Part shown: positions 1 to 39,444 of the stretch, piece by piece | Layout of the letters: each line of letters begins with the position of its first letter | Position numbering within the stretch: position 1 is the first letter of the stretch | Assembly: GCA_012295275.1 (NCBI GenBank) | Contig: CM022665.1 | Location: 16,864,001-16,928,000 of the forward strand | Length of the DNA stretch: 64,000 nt | Direction: 5' to 3' | Source of the DNA: Chrysomallon squamiferum | Lineage: Eukaryota; Animalia; Mollusca | Notes under the pieces: generated by a model | Database searches by the model: none | Told to the model about the DNA's origin: nothing | Seen by the model: only the letters and a program-made list of their open reading frames with translations | Position numbers and translations under genes: made by a program

Positions 1-959
1 AATACTGGGATGACTCTTAAACTGTAAGTAATACTGAATGCAGCAAGGATTTTTTAATGACGATTTATTTCATTTTATTTGATTCTTTTGGGCATTATTG
101 TCTAAATCTGTATCTGAAGTTTACATAATCACATGTTTATATGTTAGGGAACATTCCAGTAATATATATGTTTCTTACTAATATAGTTTAAATACTGAAC
201 TGATTCGCTGAAAGTGTATTTGGATGTGTGCAGTGTTCACTGTTGTGGCAACATTTAGATTTGTCTATACGTGTATGTTTATTTTTTTATATATATAGAT
301 ATATGTATGTTTTTGTTCGTACTCTGTGAACTTAGATTTCTACGTTTTGATTTCTCTCTTTCTTCTAACCACTTGCAATACTGCATCAACTTGACCTATC
401 CATTTTATTTATTATTTTGAATACAAATGATTTTTTTTCTGCCGAAACGTGATGCAACATGGATGTTTTGCACTGGATGGTGGCCCTCGAAATCTTTAAT
501 TGTGGACAGCTTTGGGTAGAAGCATGGTGAAAGTGCTCTGAAGATTTCCTTTGCTTGCAGCCACTACTAAGCAGCCTCGTTACTTCGTGTCGTCTTGCTG
601 AAAACAAACACTTTATTCAACGAGACAACTCACAGCCTGGAAATCAGCTATTGTGACATTCTCAAAAAATCATACACGTATTAGTTCACAGGATTAATGA
701 AATGAAATACCAGTCTTATGGGAAAGATGAATGTCAAGTACACGTATCGATACCGATCGTTTTACCAGTGTATGTATGCGCGCGCGCGCGCGCGCGTGTG
801 TGTGGGTGGGTCATGAAAACACCAACACACATACACACACACACCTAAATACACAAATACAATCGCATTCATAAATCGTATCTAGTTATCTACATACACA
901 TACATATGTACCTACCTTCCTACAAACACAAATACACAGATTCAAATACCGACCTGCGT

Positions 960-1020
<61 letters not shown>

Positions 1021-2560
1021 CAGACGTACCTATCTAGACACAGATACACATTCGTGAACAAATACATACCTACCTACCTTCCTACAAACATATGCACGTT
1101 CATAAATAGGCACCTACCTGTCTACAGTAACAACGAATAACAGTTATTTTAGAATATTTCTGTATTTTCAGGTGAAGCTGCCTTTTAAAAATTGCCATAC
1201 TGTTGTTGCTTAAGTATCGGCATAGATCACATTTTGATCCTGGAGTCAAAATTATTTTTGAGAAAAGGCCTCTTATCCGTGAGTATCACTATTTGTCAAA
1301 ATAAGTATAAAAGGCGTAAAAGTGCGCTTAATATGCGTATTCATTTCGAATATATATATATATATATATATATTCAACGATGTAAAAAAAATATATTAAG
1401 CCGCGACATTTGACTTCAGTATTCCTTTAAATGCAGTTGTTAATTATTATTTAAAGTTAAAAACAGAAGAAAAAAACACAAATACAGACAACAACTACAG
1501 CTTGGGTTATAAGTGACTGACAACAAAAGAAATGTTCAAGTACAAACACACCTTTACGATTTGTCTTCACTTTCAATACAGACAGCGGTGTCCATTATCG
1601 ACTCACTCCACAATGTTGACTCTAAATAGTGAGCTGAAACCACTGTTATCTTCTTCAGTTCTCAACCCTAATTCTCCCCGCCCAACCCCTCGGCTTCAAA
1701 CTTTCTTTACAACAAAACCACCCTGTCCCGTTTATGGACGTCCCCGGGCGAACAGCCATCACTTTTGTTTTTCTCTATGCTACGGTTCCGATGTGATAGC
1801 GATTTACTGGTTTCTCGCTATCAAGTAGGCACAAAAGAAACGAGCCTCAATTAGCAAAACTCTTTGCAATTATTTGTTTCCTTATAATAACCACCTTCAT
1901 CTGCACGACAAAACGAGAAGGAGAATAATTCGCCGAGCGGAAAATGTGAGAGGCGGAAGTCGTCTGCCAAACAAGACGAAACTTTATGATGGCCTCAGCC
2001 CACTGTTATTTTATCACTGAAAGCTGGCGTAATAGCGTCTGAAGGGGTCTACATCAACGTGAAATGCTTCACTCATTTCAGGACTGTATGGAAATCTGGA
2101 TAGAAAGAAAGGAAAAAAAAAGAAAGTATTAAAAAAGACTGACAGATAGATAGGCAGATATACAGATATACTGATACAGAGACAGATTGATAGACAAACA
2201 GACACACAGACAGGTAGATAGATATATAGATAGATAGACAGATAAATAGACAAACTGACAGACAGAGATAACTAGATATACACAGAGACAGACTGACAGA
2301 TAGATAAAGAGAGAAACACACATCAGAGAGAAAGAAACACAGATAGATATTCAGATAGACATACAGATAGATAGATAATGTAAATAAGTAGGTAGGTAGA
2401 CCGATAAGTAGATAGGTAATTATGTAACTAGTTAGGTAGATAATTAACTAAGAAGGCAGGTAAGTAGGTAAGTAGATTGCATTAATGAAGTTGGGCAGGT
2501 AAGCTGATATGTAGAGAAGTGGGTAGGCAAGCAAGCACAAAGAAAAAAACAGATAAACAG

Positions 2561-2593
<33 letters not shown>

Positions 2594-2610
2594 CTTCTTC
2601 TTCTTCTTCT

Positions 2611-2677
<67 letters not shown>

Positions 2678-3656
2678 GCTACTGCTACTGTTATTATTGC
2701 TATTATTACTTCGATATGCGAATGAACGTCAGAAATAACATTCGCCAAATTTTATGTTCGTTCACGTTTCCATAAAGTCGCGAGTTCGAAACCCGATATC
2801 TCTGGATCACCTCAAACAATCTACTGCTGTTGACTAAATTAGATATGTTTACTTACGCAATTTCATCTCTGACTAAACAGCAGGAAATATATTATTACCT
2901 GAGTTTCTCTTTCTTTTTCTCATTCGATACTCAGCCGGAAAAACCCTGCAGACACGATCGAAAACAAACAGAAAGTAATCGATTTGTCAATTTAATTATC
3001 ACAGGTGGCTTCAGAAAATATATACAACATGCTTCCGTGACAAATGTGTCCAGTGTTTGTATAAATATTTCCTTTCAAGCTGGTCGCGGATGCACGTGCT
3101 TTTGTGGCGATTTTCATTAAGAAATAAATGCAAATTTAATCACCGGTCGCATGCTTGGAGATAATTATTAGTGTTGTTCACGGTAGTCGAGCCTGTAGTT
3201 AAAACAAACCAATCACAAAGCTTCCAGACGTAAGTTTATGTCTTAGCTACGCACATTTTATTGAAAGAAATGGACACATTAATGACTAATTTAATTTTTA
3301 GTTTTTATTTTCATAGAAGAAAACTGTTTATGATTCATAAATGTGTGATATTAATTTTTTATAGATTTTGTTTATTAATTTACTTTTAATCTGTTTGTTT
3401 GTTTACATATTTCAATTTTATCTTTATTCTATTTTATTTTATTTTGTTTTATTTTTTTATTGCATTGTACTGTACTGTATTTTTTAATTCGTATAATAAT
3501 AACAATAAAATATCACTAATAGAAATAATAATATCTATAACAATAACAAATACAATTACAATAAAAATAACTACAACAAAACTAAAACCTTTATATATAG
3601 ATAGATATTGCAGGAATTATATCTATTTCCAGTAACTTATTATCTATATATATACA

Positions 3657-3712
<56 letters not shown>

Positions 3713-3805
3713 TATATATATATACGTATTGTGTACTTCTGTGTATTTGTTTGTTGTTTTTATAATAAAGATATAACAGAGTAAAAGCAATTCTTCTGCT
3801 GTGCG

Positions 3806-3837
<32 letters not shown>

Positions 3838-4227
3838 TCTTTAACCATTTTTTTTTAATTAGCTGAAAAAAATATACGTCTTTCATATATTAATCATGGA
3901 GCAAAATCTGGAACTGGAAATAGCCCAATGACTGCATCGTTTCTGAGATGAGCTTTACGCTACAGCCTCTCTCTCTCAAGAGAGAGAGGAAAGAACAATG
4001 TCACGTGATGGAATGTTTAGAAAATATCAAAAAGTACTGAGATTGTGCTGAGTGTCGACTCGTACCTGACTTTGAAAACATTTAGGCTATTTCTTCTTTT
4101 CGTTAAAATATAGGCATACAAAAAAAAATAATAATAAAAAAAAAAAATGAAAAGAAAAGAATAAGTAAATAATAAAGTAAATAAGTAAATAAACTAGCAA
4201 AGAAATATATACACTCACACACAGAGA

Positions 4228-4266
<39 letters not shown>

Positions 4267-4378
4267 AATTAAAGTAAAGTAAACAAAATAAGTAAATAAA
4301 TAAAATTAAATAAACAATGATCGATAAAAAATTAATTAAAAAAAAAAAGTTTATACAATAACGAAACTTTAAAACAAG

Positions 4379-4409
<31 letters not shown>

Positions 4410-6509
4410 AGAAGAAGAAAAAAGCGCCAGTGAATCAGCAATGGCCTTCTAAGCCTGAAACGTGCATCAACAGTTAAAAAGCTATTATCACCAAGGTGAC
4501 AGTCAGCTGACCATTTTGCGCCGATCCGTTTCTCGGGATTAGATCATCCATTCCACATTTTACGATAACCTGAATGTCTTTGAAAGTGGACACTAAACTT
4601 TTGAAGTTTTCAAACTTGAAAGAAGAATTTCTTCATATCGATTACCAAAGGTCAATTACTTTGACCTCTAGGAAACGTTATAATGTGAAGAGAGCAGTTA
4701 GAGTGTTATCCGCGTGTTGTGTAGGTGGCGCTGTTTATGAGTGAAGTTTTCGGATTTTTACAAAAAAAAAAAAAAAAAAAAATGGAAGATCAGAAAATAA
4801 AAGATAAAAAGGATAGTTTTTCTTTTGTATGCAAATATTTAGTAAATGTTTGTCAGCTTAAGGATTACAGATTGTTGACTATAATACTCAATTTCTTAAA
4901 ATTTTCTTTTACAGGGAACTTTCTTTATTCAGAATACCTATCGTTAGAAACATGTTTACATCATCGAAGATTCAAGCATATCTGTCTTGGGCTCACATAG
5001 TCCATGTATACATATCTCCTGTCTACGGAAGGTTTATTAAAAAGAAATCTTGCTGCTACAAGATAAGTCTGTTCTTTTTGCGAATGACCTGGACATCAAA
5101 GGAAAGCAGATTTACGTAATTTTCTACAAAAGTACTACGCATTATTACACGCAGCAAAATAAACACAAAATATTAAATGAATTAAAAAATATCTAAAAAG
5201 AATGAGAACGAATTCGGTATTCCAGATCTCGTTTTCTTTAATTATTGAACAAATTCCACATCGTTGATTAGAATAAAAACCAAATATTATAAATATCAAA
5301 ATACGTACAAATTCGGAATATAATATTTTGTGTGAAATTTGAAAATTCAAATTACATTAGTCAAAAAAAGAAGAAAAGGAAAGAATGAGAGAAAAACAGA
5401 AAAAAAAACAAAAGAAAAACATTAAAATATCTCAAATTATTTAACAGAAATCGAAAGCTTCGAATATATTAAACTTTAACTTTGAAAATATATTAAATAT
5501 TAACTATGAAACATAAATTATAACAATTAAAAATTCAGATATCAATTATTAAAACATATCAGATTTTAACTATGAAAATATGCTGAATATTAATTGTAAA
5601 CATTTGTGAAATAGTAACTATGAAAATATGTTAACTATTAAGTATGAAAGTATGTTAATGCTATAATCTGTCAGTAATACTGAAATCGAAATTGAATAAT
5701 TGTAATAGAGTAAATACAGGCTAATTTAAATAGCTGATCAAATTAAATATTTAACAAAGTTAAAAAATCAAATTAAACAAAATTCAAATCTCAAGTTAAA
5801 TAGGCTATTTAAATTAATTAATTAATTAATCAAAAACTGAAAACAAACAAATAGAATGAATTTATTAATATAATCGTTATATTTATTTAATTTAAATCTG
5901 AGATTAATTTTTTTGTATCTCAAGTTATTAACTGAATAGCTTATAAATAGTTTTTTTTCTTCTTTTAAATAAATACACAAAAAACCTTTAAAATTATGAA
6001 ACTGTATTAATAATTAGGTATATTTAATTTAAAGGTCTTTAGCTAATTAAATAATTAATTTAAATAGCTAATCAAACTAAATATTTACAGATGTTAAAAA
6101 ATGAAATTAAAATTTAAATTTAAATTATAAATTGAATAACTTACACAAATGTTTAAATAAAACTGAATTTATGAATACGTATTAAATAAAAACTGTTAAA
6201 TTAAAATATGTTATTAAACTCGAAACTTATAACATGTATTCCAGTAGATCATAAACTAACTAAACGTTTTAATACTGTAGTGTGTATTAATTTCATTGGC
6301 GAACGAATTCTGCAAAACAGCTAATGGCTAATGAATTGAACCGTAAGTTCTGATGACGTAATATCGATGTATCACGTCAGAGATGACCTGGATACAAAGC
6401 AGATTTGTCCAAGCTGTAATTAGATTATTTGTTGTAGCTGCTGTCGTCGTTGTTGTTGTCAGCAAAGGATTACTGGCAATAAACATATCCATTAACCGCA
6501 CTGATGTAG

Positions 6510-6667
6510 GCTATCTTCTCAAAGAATTCGACGTGGCGAAAGTAAACGGCTGTGATGCTTTCGAAGATAATGGCGTAACAAATACGATACTACAACAATT
6601 AAGAAAAGCTATCGTGTTTATAGAGACGTTGTATAAACATTCGAGAAATTCGTTAAATAGCCTTAAG
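6510..6667 (+). other. Possible coding exon of an unidentified gene upstream of XDH
   Basis: AG|GCTATCTT...CTTAAG|GTTTGT; open frame YLLKEFDVAKVNGCDAFEDNGVTNTILQQLRKAIVFIETLYKHSRNSLNSLK; complex sequence amid simple repeats. Confidence 0.3.
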
Positions 6668-6758
6668 GTTTGTAGAGACTTTTGTTGTTGTTGCTTTTAT
6701 CCTTTATGACGGCAACTGATAGACAGAACACAGCGCTAGTACAGACGGACATACAGAC

Positions 6759-6810
<52 letters not shown>

Positions 6811-7539
6811 TGTGTATATATATATGTGTGTGTGAGAGTGCCTTTAAGTTTGTATCTGTCTGTGTGAATGGCTAATGACTGTCTATTTCTTTTATATTTC
6901 CTTGTTCCTATTTTCTCTGTTTATTAACATGCACACACAAACAAACACACATACACGTTTAAACAGATTTTCTGTCACAAAAATACTTTAACAAAGACTT
7001 ACAAATATAAATGTATGCATATACAAACTATTTCACACACAAGGACACACAATTACATTAACATATATAAAACATTAAATAACTAAGTAATTTAAATGAA
7101 AAATAATTTTACCACAGATATTTTGATGAATTATATTTTATATACTAACTATTATTAGACGACCAGACTGGAGTATACTTTAACGGCTGTTTTAATTTTT
7201 ATTTATTTATTTTCCGCAGTTGATCTCTACAATATAGTCTTATAATTTGTAAATATAAAGTATTTAAAGAACTATCTTTTACAGTAATTTAGGAATCTTT
7301 GCTGAACCATTAATGATTCATGGATATATAATATTAGGTTATTAAAAATATTAAACACACACACACACACACACGCACACTATGTATATATATGCGTGTG
7401 TGTGTGTGTGAGTGTGTATGCAAAAATATAAAGTACAATTAAGTTTCTGCAGTTTATTTTATAATGTAATCGAAGTAAGATATTTTATTTGACATGTTTT
7501 ACTGTTTTACGTCAATTTACATATGGCTAATAACAGTAC

Positions 7540-7661
7540 CTAATAGTAGTATTAGTATTAGAATTATCATTATTACTACTACTGCTACTACTGCTACTAC
7601 TACCATTATTATTATCATTATTAATAATAACAGTAGTAGTAGTAGTAGAGTATCAGCAGTA

Positions 7662-7708
<47 letters not shown>

Positions 7709-7984
7709 TGTCGTTATTGTTGTTGATTGATTTTGTATCAGTATCATTCCAGCAATACATTTCTAACATTTGCAGCGACTCAGTCTAAATAATCATTTGC
7801 ATTTGCAGCTGGGATCCGCACCCATGCAGTATTTCAGTTATTGCAGTAATAATAGTAGCAGTAGCAGTAGCAGTAATAGCGATAGTAATAGCAGTAGTAG
7901 CAGTAGTAGTAGTAGTAGTGATAGTAGTAGAAGTAGTAATAGTAGTAGTAGTTGAAGCAGCAATAGTAGTATAAGTGAAAGTAA

Positions 7985-8017
<33 letters not shown>

Positions 8018-8044
8018 CAGCAATAGTAGTAGTAGTGAAAGTAA

Positions 8045-8078
<34 letters not shown>

Positions 8079-8680
8079 TGAAGCAGCAATAGTAGTAGTA
8101 GTGAAAGTAATAGTAGTAGTAGTAGTAGTAGTAGTAGTAGCAGCAGCAGCAGCAATAGCGGTAGGAACAGTAGCAGTAGAGGTAGCAGAAGTAATACTAG
8201 TAGTAGTAGTAGCAGCAGTTTTAGTAAAAGCAATATCAGTGGTATATAGCAATATTGTCATTGTAGAAGTAAAATACTAAGAGTGATAATAATGATAGTA
8301 GAAGTAGTTGTACTAGTGGTGATAATAATAGTAATAGTAATAGTAGTATTAGTAGTGATAGTAATATTAGTATTACTGGTGATAGTAATAGCAGTATTAG
8401 TAATGATGGTAATAGTAGTAGTAGTAGTGATAGTAATAGAAGTATTAGTAGTGATAGTAATAGTTGTATTAGTAGTGATAGTAATAGAAGTATTAGTAGT
8501 GATAGTAATAGTTGTATTAGTAGTGCTAGTAATAGTAGTATTAGTAGTGATAGCAATAATAGTATTAGTAGTTGTAGTAATTTATATTAGTGTGGTGTGA
8601 GTACTGTAGTGTTGCCATTGTAGAAGTAAAATACTAAGGATGATAATAGTGATAGTAGTAGTGGTAGTAGTGACAGCACG
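7540..8680. repeat. Compound trinucleotide repeat field (TAG/CAG/TAA) with higher-order units
   Basis: Long (AGT)n/(AAT)n arrays with repeated GTGAAAGTAATAGTAG and GTATTAGTAGTGATAGTAATA units. Confidence 0.9.
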
Positions 8681-8739
8681 CCAAACAATAAAAGTTGTTG
8701 TAGTTGTAGTAGTAAACGTGCGTACAACAACGATGGTAT

Positions 8740-9160
8740 ACAGTATCTGAACTACTTCAGAAAAACACCAACTACAACATCAACTATATAACAGTTCATC
8801 TATATTTTCTATTTTACAATTGAAAAAAAAATCATAATAATAATAAAAAAAAATTATGCTCTACAATACTTGAAGTACTTGAAATACTTTAGAACGACAG
8901 CCACTACAGCAGTAACGTTTAACAATTTATTTGTTTTCTATATTACAATTAACAAAAAAAAAAATTATGCTACACAATACTTCAAATACTTTAGAACGAC
9001 AGCAACGTTAACAACGCATTTATTTTTGTTTTCTATATTATAAAAAAAAAATAAAAAAATAAAAAACCAGCATTCTGTGCAATACGTCAGATACTTTAGA
9101 AACTACAGTTACAATAATTCATTAATCTTTGTTTTCTCTGTAACACTAAACAAATTACGC
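8740..9160. repeat. Degenerate ~100-bp tandem repeat, ~4 copies
   Basis: Recurrent ATACTTTAGAACGACAGC ... TTGTTTTCTATATTA ... poly-A ATTATGCT near 8880, 8985 and 9090. Confidence 0.7.
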
Positions 9161-9269
9161 AATGTTCTACAAGGATTACATCATAACGACCTGCTTGTTT
9201 GAAGAAGAACTGAACAGTGATTCACAATCAAATGCAAATTAAAAATAGAAAGTGTGCATGTGTGTAAAA

Positions 9270-10445
9270 GATGGGTGTGTGTGTGTATAAATATGTGTTT
9301 GTACGTGTATGTAGGGTGTGTTAGTGTATGTATGTATTTGAGTGTGTATGTGTATATGTGTGTATGTATAAATATGAGTTTGTACGTGTATGTAGGGTGT
9401 GTTAGTGTATGTATGTATTTGAGTGTGTATGTGTATATGTGTATGTATAAATATAACGTGTATGTAGGGTGAGTTTGTATTTGAGTGTGTATGTATAAAT
9501 ATGAGTTTGTGTGTTGTAGGGTGTGTTAGTGTATGTATGTATTTGAGTGTGTATGTGTATGTGTGTGTGTATGTATAAATATGAGTTTTGTATGTAGGGT
9601 GTGTGTATGTGTATGGGTGTGTTAGTGTATGTATGTATTTGAGTGTGTATGTGTATGTGTGTGTGTATGTATAAATATGAGTTTGTACGTGTATGTAGGG
9701 TGTGTTAGTGTATGTATGTATTTGAGTGTGTATGTGTATATGTGTGTATGTATAAATATGAGTTTGTACGTGTATGTAGGGTGTGTTAGTGTATGTATGT
9801 ATTTGAGTGTGTATGTGTATATGTGTGTATGTATAAATATGAGTTTGTACGTGTATGTAAGGTATGTTAGTGTATGTATGTATTTGAGTGTGTATGTGTA
9901 TATGTGTGTATGTATAAATATGAGTTTGTGTATGTAAGGTATGTTAGTGTATGTGTGTATTTAGTGTGTATGTATGTATGTATGTATTTGAGTGTGTATG
10001 TGTATATGTGTGTATGTATAAGTATGTATGTGTATATGTGTGTATGTATAAATATGAGTTTGTACGTGTATGTAAGGTATGTTAGTGTATGTATGTATTT
10101 GAGTGTGTATGTGTATATGTGTGTATGTATAAATATGTGTTTGTACGTATATGTAGGGTGTGTATGTGTATATGTGTGTATGTATAAATATGTGTTTGTA
10201 CGTATATGTAGGGTGTGTTAGTGTATGTATGTATTTGAGTGTACATGTGTATGTGTGTGTGTATAAATATGTGTTTGTACGTGTATGTAAGGTGTGTTAG
10301 TGTATGTGTATATGTGTGTTTGTATAAATATTTGCTTGTACGTGTATGTAAGGTGTATTAGTGTATGTATGTATTTGAGTGTATGTGTATGTGTGTGTGA
10401 GTATAAATATGTGTCTGTAGGTATATGTAAGGTGTGTTAGTGTAT
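9270..10445. repeat. ~81-bp minisatellite built from TG/TATG microsatellite, ~14 degenerate units
   Basis: Recurrent GTATAAATATGAGTTTGTACGTGTATGTAGGGTGTGTTAGTGTATG...; anchor ATAAATATG at 9287/9368 and 9671/9752/9833 gives a period of 81. Confidence 0.9.
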
Positions 10446-10579
10446 GTAACAAAAAACAAAAACAAAAAAAAAAGAAGAGAAAAGACAAGAAGGCCAGCCG
10501 AAAGGTTAAAAAAGAGAGTGAGAGGAAAAAACCCTAAAAAATCCAGATAAAAATATACTTGAAATTTTCAAGTTAATTA

Positions 10580-10623
<44 letters not shown>

Positions 10624-11013
10624 CAACAACAACAACAACAAAAGAAAAAGAAAACAAACAAACATATATACAAAAAATAGACAGAGAAAAAGGTGAGAGA
10701 GAATCAAATGACTTTGAAAAAATAAAAATAAAAATAAAAAAATAAATAAATACACACGACGTAATTTAATGCACCTTTTTCGACGTACGCATTTTGGCAA
10801 CCGCCCATTTCGTAATGAATGAAATACCAAACGATCGTCTGCGCCAAACTCTTGTCTGAAGTTATTTTTATCCATCCCATTCAGAGCAAACGAAACAGAC
10901 ACAATATCGACCGCCATCGTCTTTCGCTTCACCGAGTTTCAGACTATACGTCATTCTGCCAAATACGGCAACACTTATACCGTCACAGAGGAAGGGAAAA
11001 TCACACACGTCTG

Positions 11014-11051
<38 letters not shown>

Positions 11052-11168
11052 CCAGTCAACATATATATAGAGAGAGTGAGACTCTAAATAAATATCCAAG
11101 GATTTCGATAAAAGGGGATGTTTAATTTTTAGATCTACAAGATCTGTCGAAATACTGATTGTTGTGAG

Positions 11169-35086
<23,918 letters not shown>

Positions 35087-35491
35087 TTTACGAAAGAAGT
35101 TTGAAGTTTCTGCACTTCACTTGTTACTGAAGTTCGTTTTATCATTACATTAATGATGATGTATTAATATATACTTCAAGTTATAATAACAGTTGTGGTT
35201 ACAGTTTTCAGTGTGAATTATGTACTTTTGTGTTTTTTGGATGATGACTATTATTAACTGAGAAACTGGGTTTTTTTTTCTTCAGAATATACAATATACA
35301 GTTGAACAAAATGTGAGATTACTGAACTAATATCCAATTGTCTACATTACTGAGAAATCATTCTGTAGGGTATATCTGTATAATTATCAAAGATTTACTA
35401 CTAAATATCGTACACATACATACACACACAAATACATACATACATACATACATACATATGCACACACACACGTACATACATACATACATAC

Positions 35492-35538
<47 letters not shown>

Positions 35539-35964
35539 TCAGTATTTAATGCTCATCTTTTCTTACTATTAAGTATATGATGGGAATGACCACAGCGTTT
35601 ACAAATACAACGTAGACAAGAATAGCACGAATGAAAGAAGACTTCAAAACCTTTAATGCTAACGTTTTCTAAAAATTTCAGAAATGGACATTGTTACTTT
35701 CGAACCACTCGATGTGTTAAATTATATTTCTAACAGAAATATTAAAAAATGACCTGTGTCATAGAATACAATAGAGAAACATACACTTCACCTTAGATAT
35801 AGACAATATGTTTGACAATCCATTACGCGTTATGAAATGACATTATGTATCGTTTTATATGTATGTATATATATTTGCAAATGTTTACTGCACTTTGTAA
35901 TAGATTTGTTGTTAACCACAATTAATGCAAATTGTTATAGCAACTGGATTGTTTGTTAATATTT

Positions 35965-36345
35965 CATGCAAATTGTATTCTAGTTAGGTTTTTTTCTCAC
36001 AAACCGTTTTCTAGCTTTTTATGCAAACTGCATTGTTGTTTTTTACGCAAAGTATATTCTAGCTTTTTATGCAAACTTATTCTAGTTTCTAAAGCAATCT
36101 CTTTCTTTGTTGTTTATTCAAACTGTATTCACGTTTTTTAATTCATATTATATTTTAGCTTTTTATGGAAACTATGTTCTAGCTTTTGATACAAACAATC
36201 TCTAACCTAGCTTTTAGTAAAAACTCTAATCTAACTTTTTACACTTAGTGCATCCTAGCTCTTTTGTGCAAACTGTATTCTAGGTTTTTTCTCAAATTGT
36301 ATTTTAGCTTTTTATAGCAATTATATTCTAGCTTCTACCGTAAAT
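35965..36345. repeat. Degenerate ~25-bp tandem repeat downstream of XDH
   Basis: Recurrent TATTCTAGCTTTTTATGCAAACT-like units. Confidence 0.65.
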
Positions 36346-37214
36346 CAGAATACATATACATGCAAACTGAATATTACTATGTTATAACAAGGATATCTAT
36401 ATTAGCTACCAAACTTTGTGAAAACTCTTAGGGCATATTTTTTAGCTTTTCGTGTATAGTTATTTAAGCGTGTTATAGCAATATTTTCTTAGATTATGAA
36501 ATATCCTTTTTAAAATAATTTGTTTTTTAGAAAAGAAAAAGAAAAGAAAACTATTTAGAGAATTATTTATGAAAAGTATTTTCTAGGTTTTTATTGTAAA
36601 TCATTATCATAGCAATATTTTCTAGAATTTGTTACAGAAAATACTATTGTATTTTCTGTATTGTTATTGTGATGACATATCAAAGTACATATTACAGCGA
36701 TATTTGCTGCACATATCATAGTGTATAACATTACAGCAATATTTGTTGAATAAATCATAGTAAACAACTTGGATGCAAACTGTTACTATTTGATGAACAC
36801 GTCATATTTATTAATTCTCAGTGTATGTTATTAGTAGTATTTGTTGTGCATGATAGTGTGCAAACAGGAGCAATATTTGTTGTAAACTATTAAGCTGTGT
36901 GTCTTTACTCATACTTTTAACCTTATTTTATATAAACTGTTTAGCAATATTTTCGATTTTTTGTTTTAATATCTATATGATTAATTTATTTGAACTGATA
37001 TAGCAGTATTTTCCAGAAACCTTTGTTATCTAATTATTATACAAATTAGAACTGTAATTTCGTATATTTTATGAAATATAACTGTTTGCTTAGAAAATAA
37101 ACACTTTAGATACTTTTTTGGTCTGTTTCTTTATACTGGAGTACTTTGTGTTTATTTTTGCATATGCAAGTATATGGGTGCGTGCATTATTATTATTATT
37201 ACTATTACTATTAC

Positions 37215-37260
<46 letters not shown>

Positions 37261-37279
37261 GTTGTTGTTGTTGTTGTTG

Positions 37280-37310
<31 letters not shown>

Positions 37311-37460
37311 CCTGTTTTTGTTTTGATTCTGTCTTTTTCTTTTCTCCTGTTTTCCTCTTCTTAATTGTTGTCGCCATCGTTTAAAATTACATTTTCCATT
37401 TCCTTCTATTCCTGATTGAATAATTTCAAGGCGTTTAACTACCGTTATCTGACGACCATT

Positions 37461-38622
<1,162 letters not shown>

Positions 38623-38720
38623 CTTTTGTGTGTGTGTGTGGGGATGTATGTGTGTCTGTGACTGTGTGTGTGTGTGTGTGTGTGTGCGTGTGCATGTGTG
38701 GGTTTTCTGTCTTGTACTAC

Positions 38721-38797
<77 letters not shown>

Positions 38798-39407
38798 GTA
38801 GTTGTATTTATTTTCCTGTTTACGGGTAAGCGATTATAAATTATTACTTGTTGCTTATTGAGAAGATTAGTCATAAAATATTGAATAGTAATTAAATTAC
38901 ATTTGTTGATGTTAGACACATGTCAGTTCATTTATTAATTAACTTTAAAATCATGTCGAGCCTGTAGACCTATTAACGTGTTATCAGTACACTAAAATGG
39001 TAAGGTAAAGGTAACTAGGTCACTGTGTTAGTAGGAACGAAGCCTGCAGATGTTAACAACATTTAGCAGGAAACGGCTAAGTTAGTTGTCTGATATATTT
39101 CTATGGTTTCAAATGCATTTAGTTGTTTTTTTTTTTTTTCCTTATTTCTTGTTGTTTTTTTTCTGTCTCTTTTTATTTACTTTTTTCTTTTCTTTTCCTT
39201 TTTTAAAATTTATTTTTATTTATTATTATTGTTTTTAAACCAGATTTATTTTAAAATCAGGAACTAATGTTTAAAAGTAAACACTGATTTGTGAATTGGG
39301 GGAAACAGTGACAGAGAGAGATAATAACAATAATAACTGCTACAACAACAACAATAATATTAATATTAGTAATCGTATCAGTATCATTATTATCATCGTT
39401 ATCATCA

Positions 39408-39444
<37 letters not shown>

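Noticed and set aside
386-607. 73-aa minus-strand ORF near the window start
   Set aside because: No recognisable motif or linked exons; cannot be supported as a gene.
7494-8600. Long poly-Leu/Thr/Val/Ile ORFs that look like mucins or membrane proteins
   Set aside because: They are translations of (TAG)n/(TAA)n microsatellites in several frames and both strands; no coding evidence.
9254-10488. Cys/Val/Tyr/Met-rich repeated ORFs
   Set aside because: Product of the 81-bp TG-rich minisatellite.
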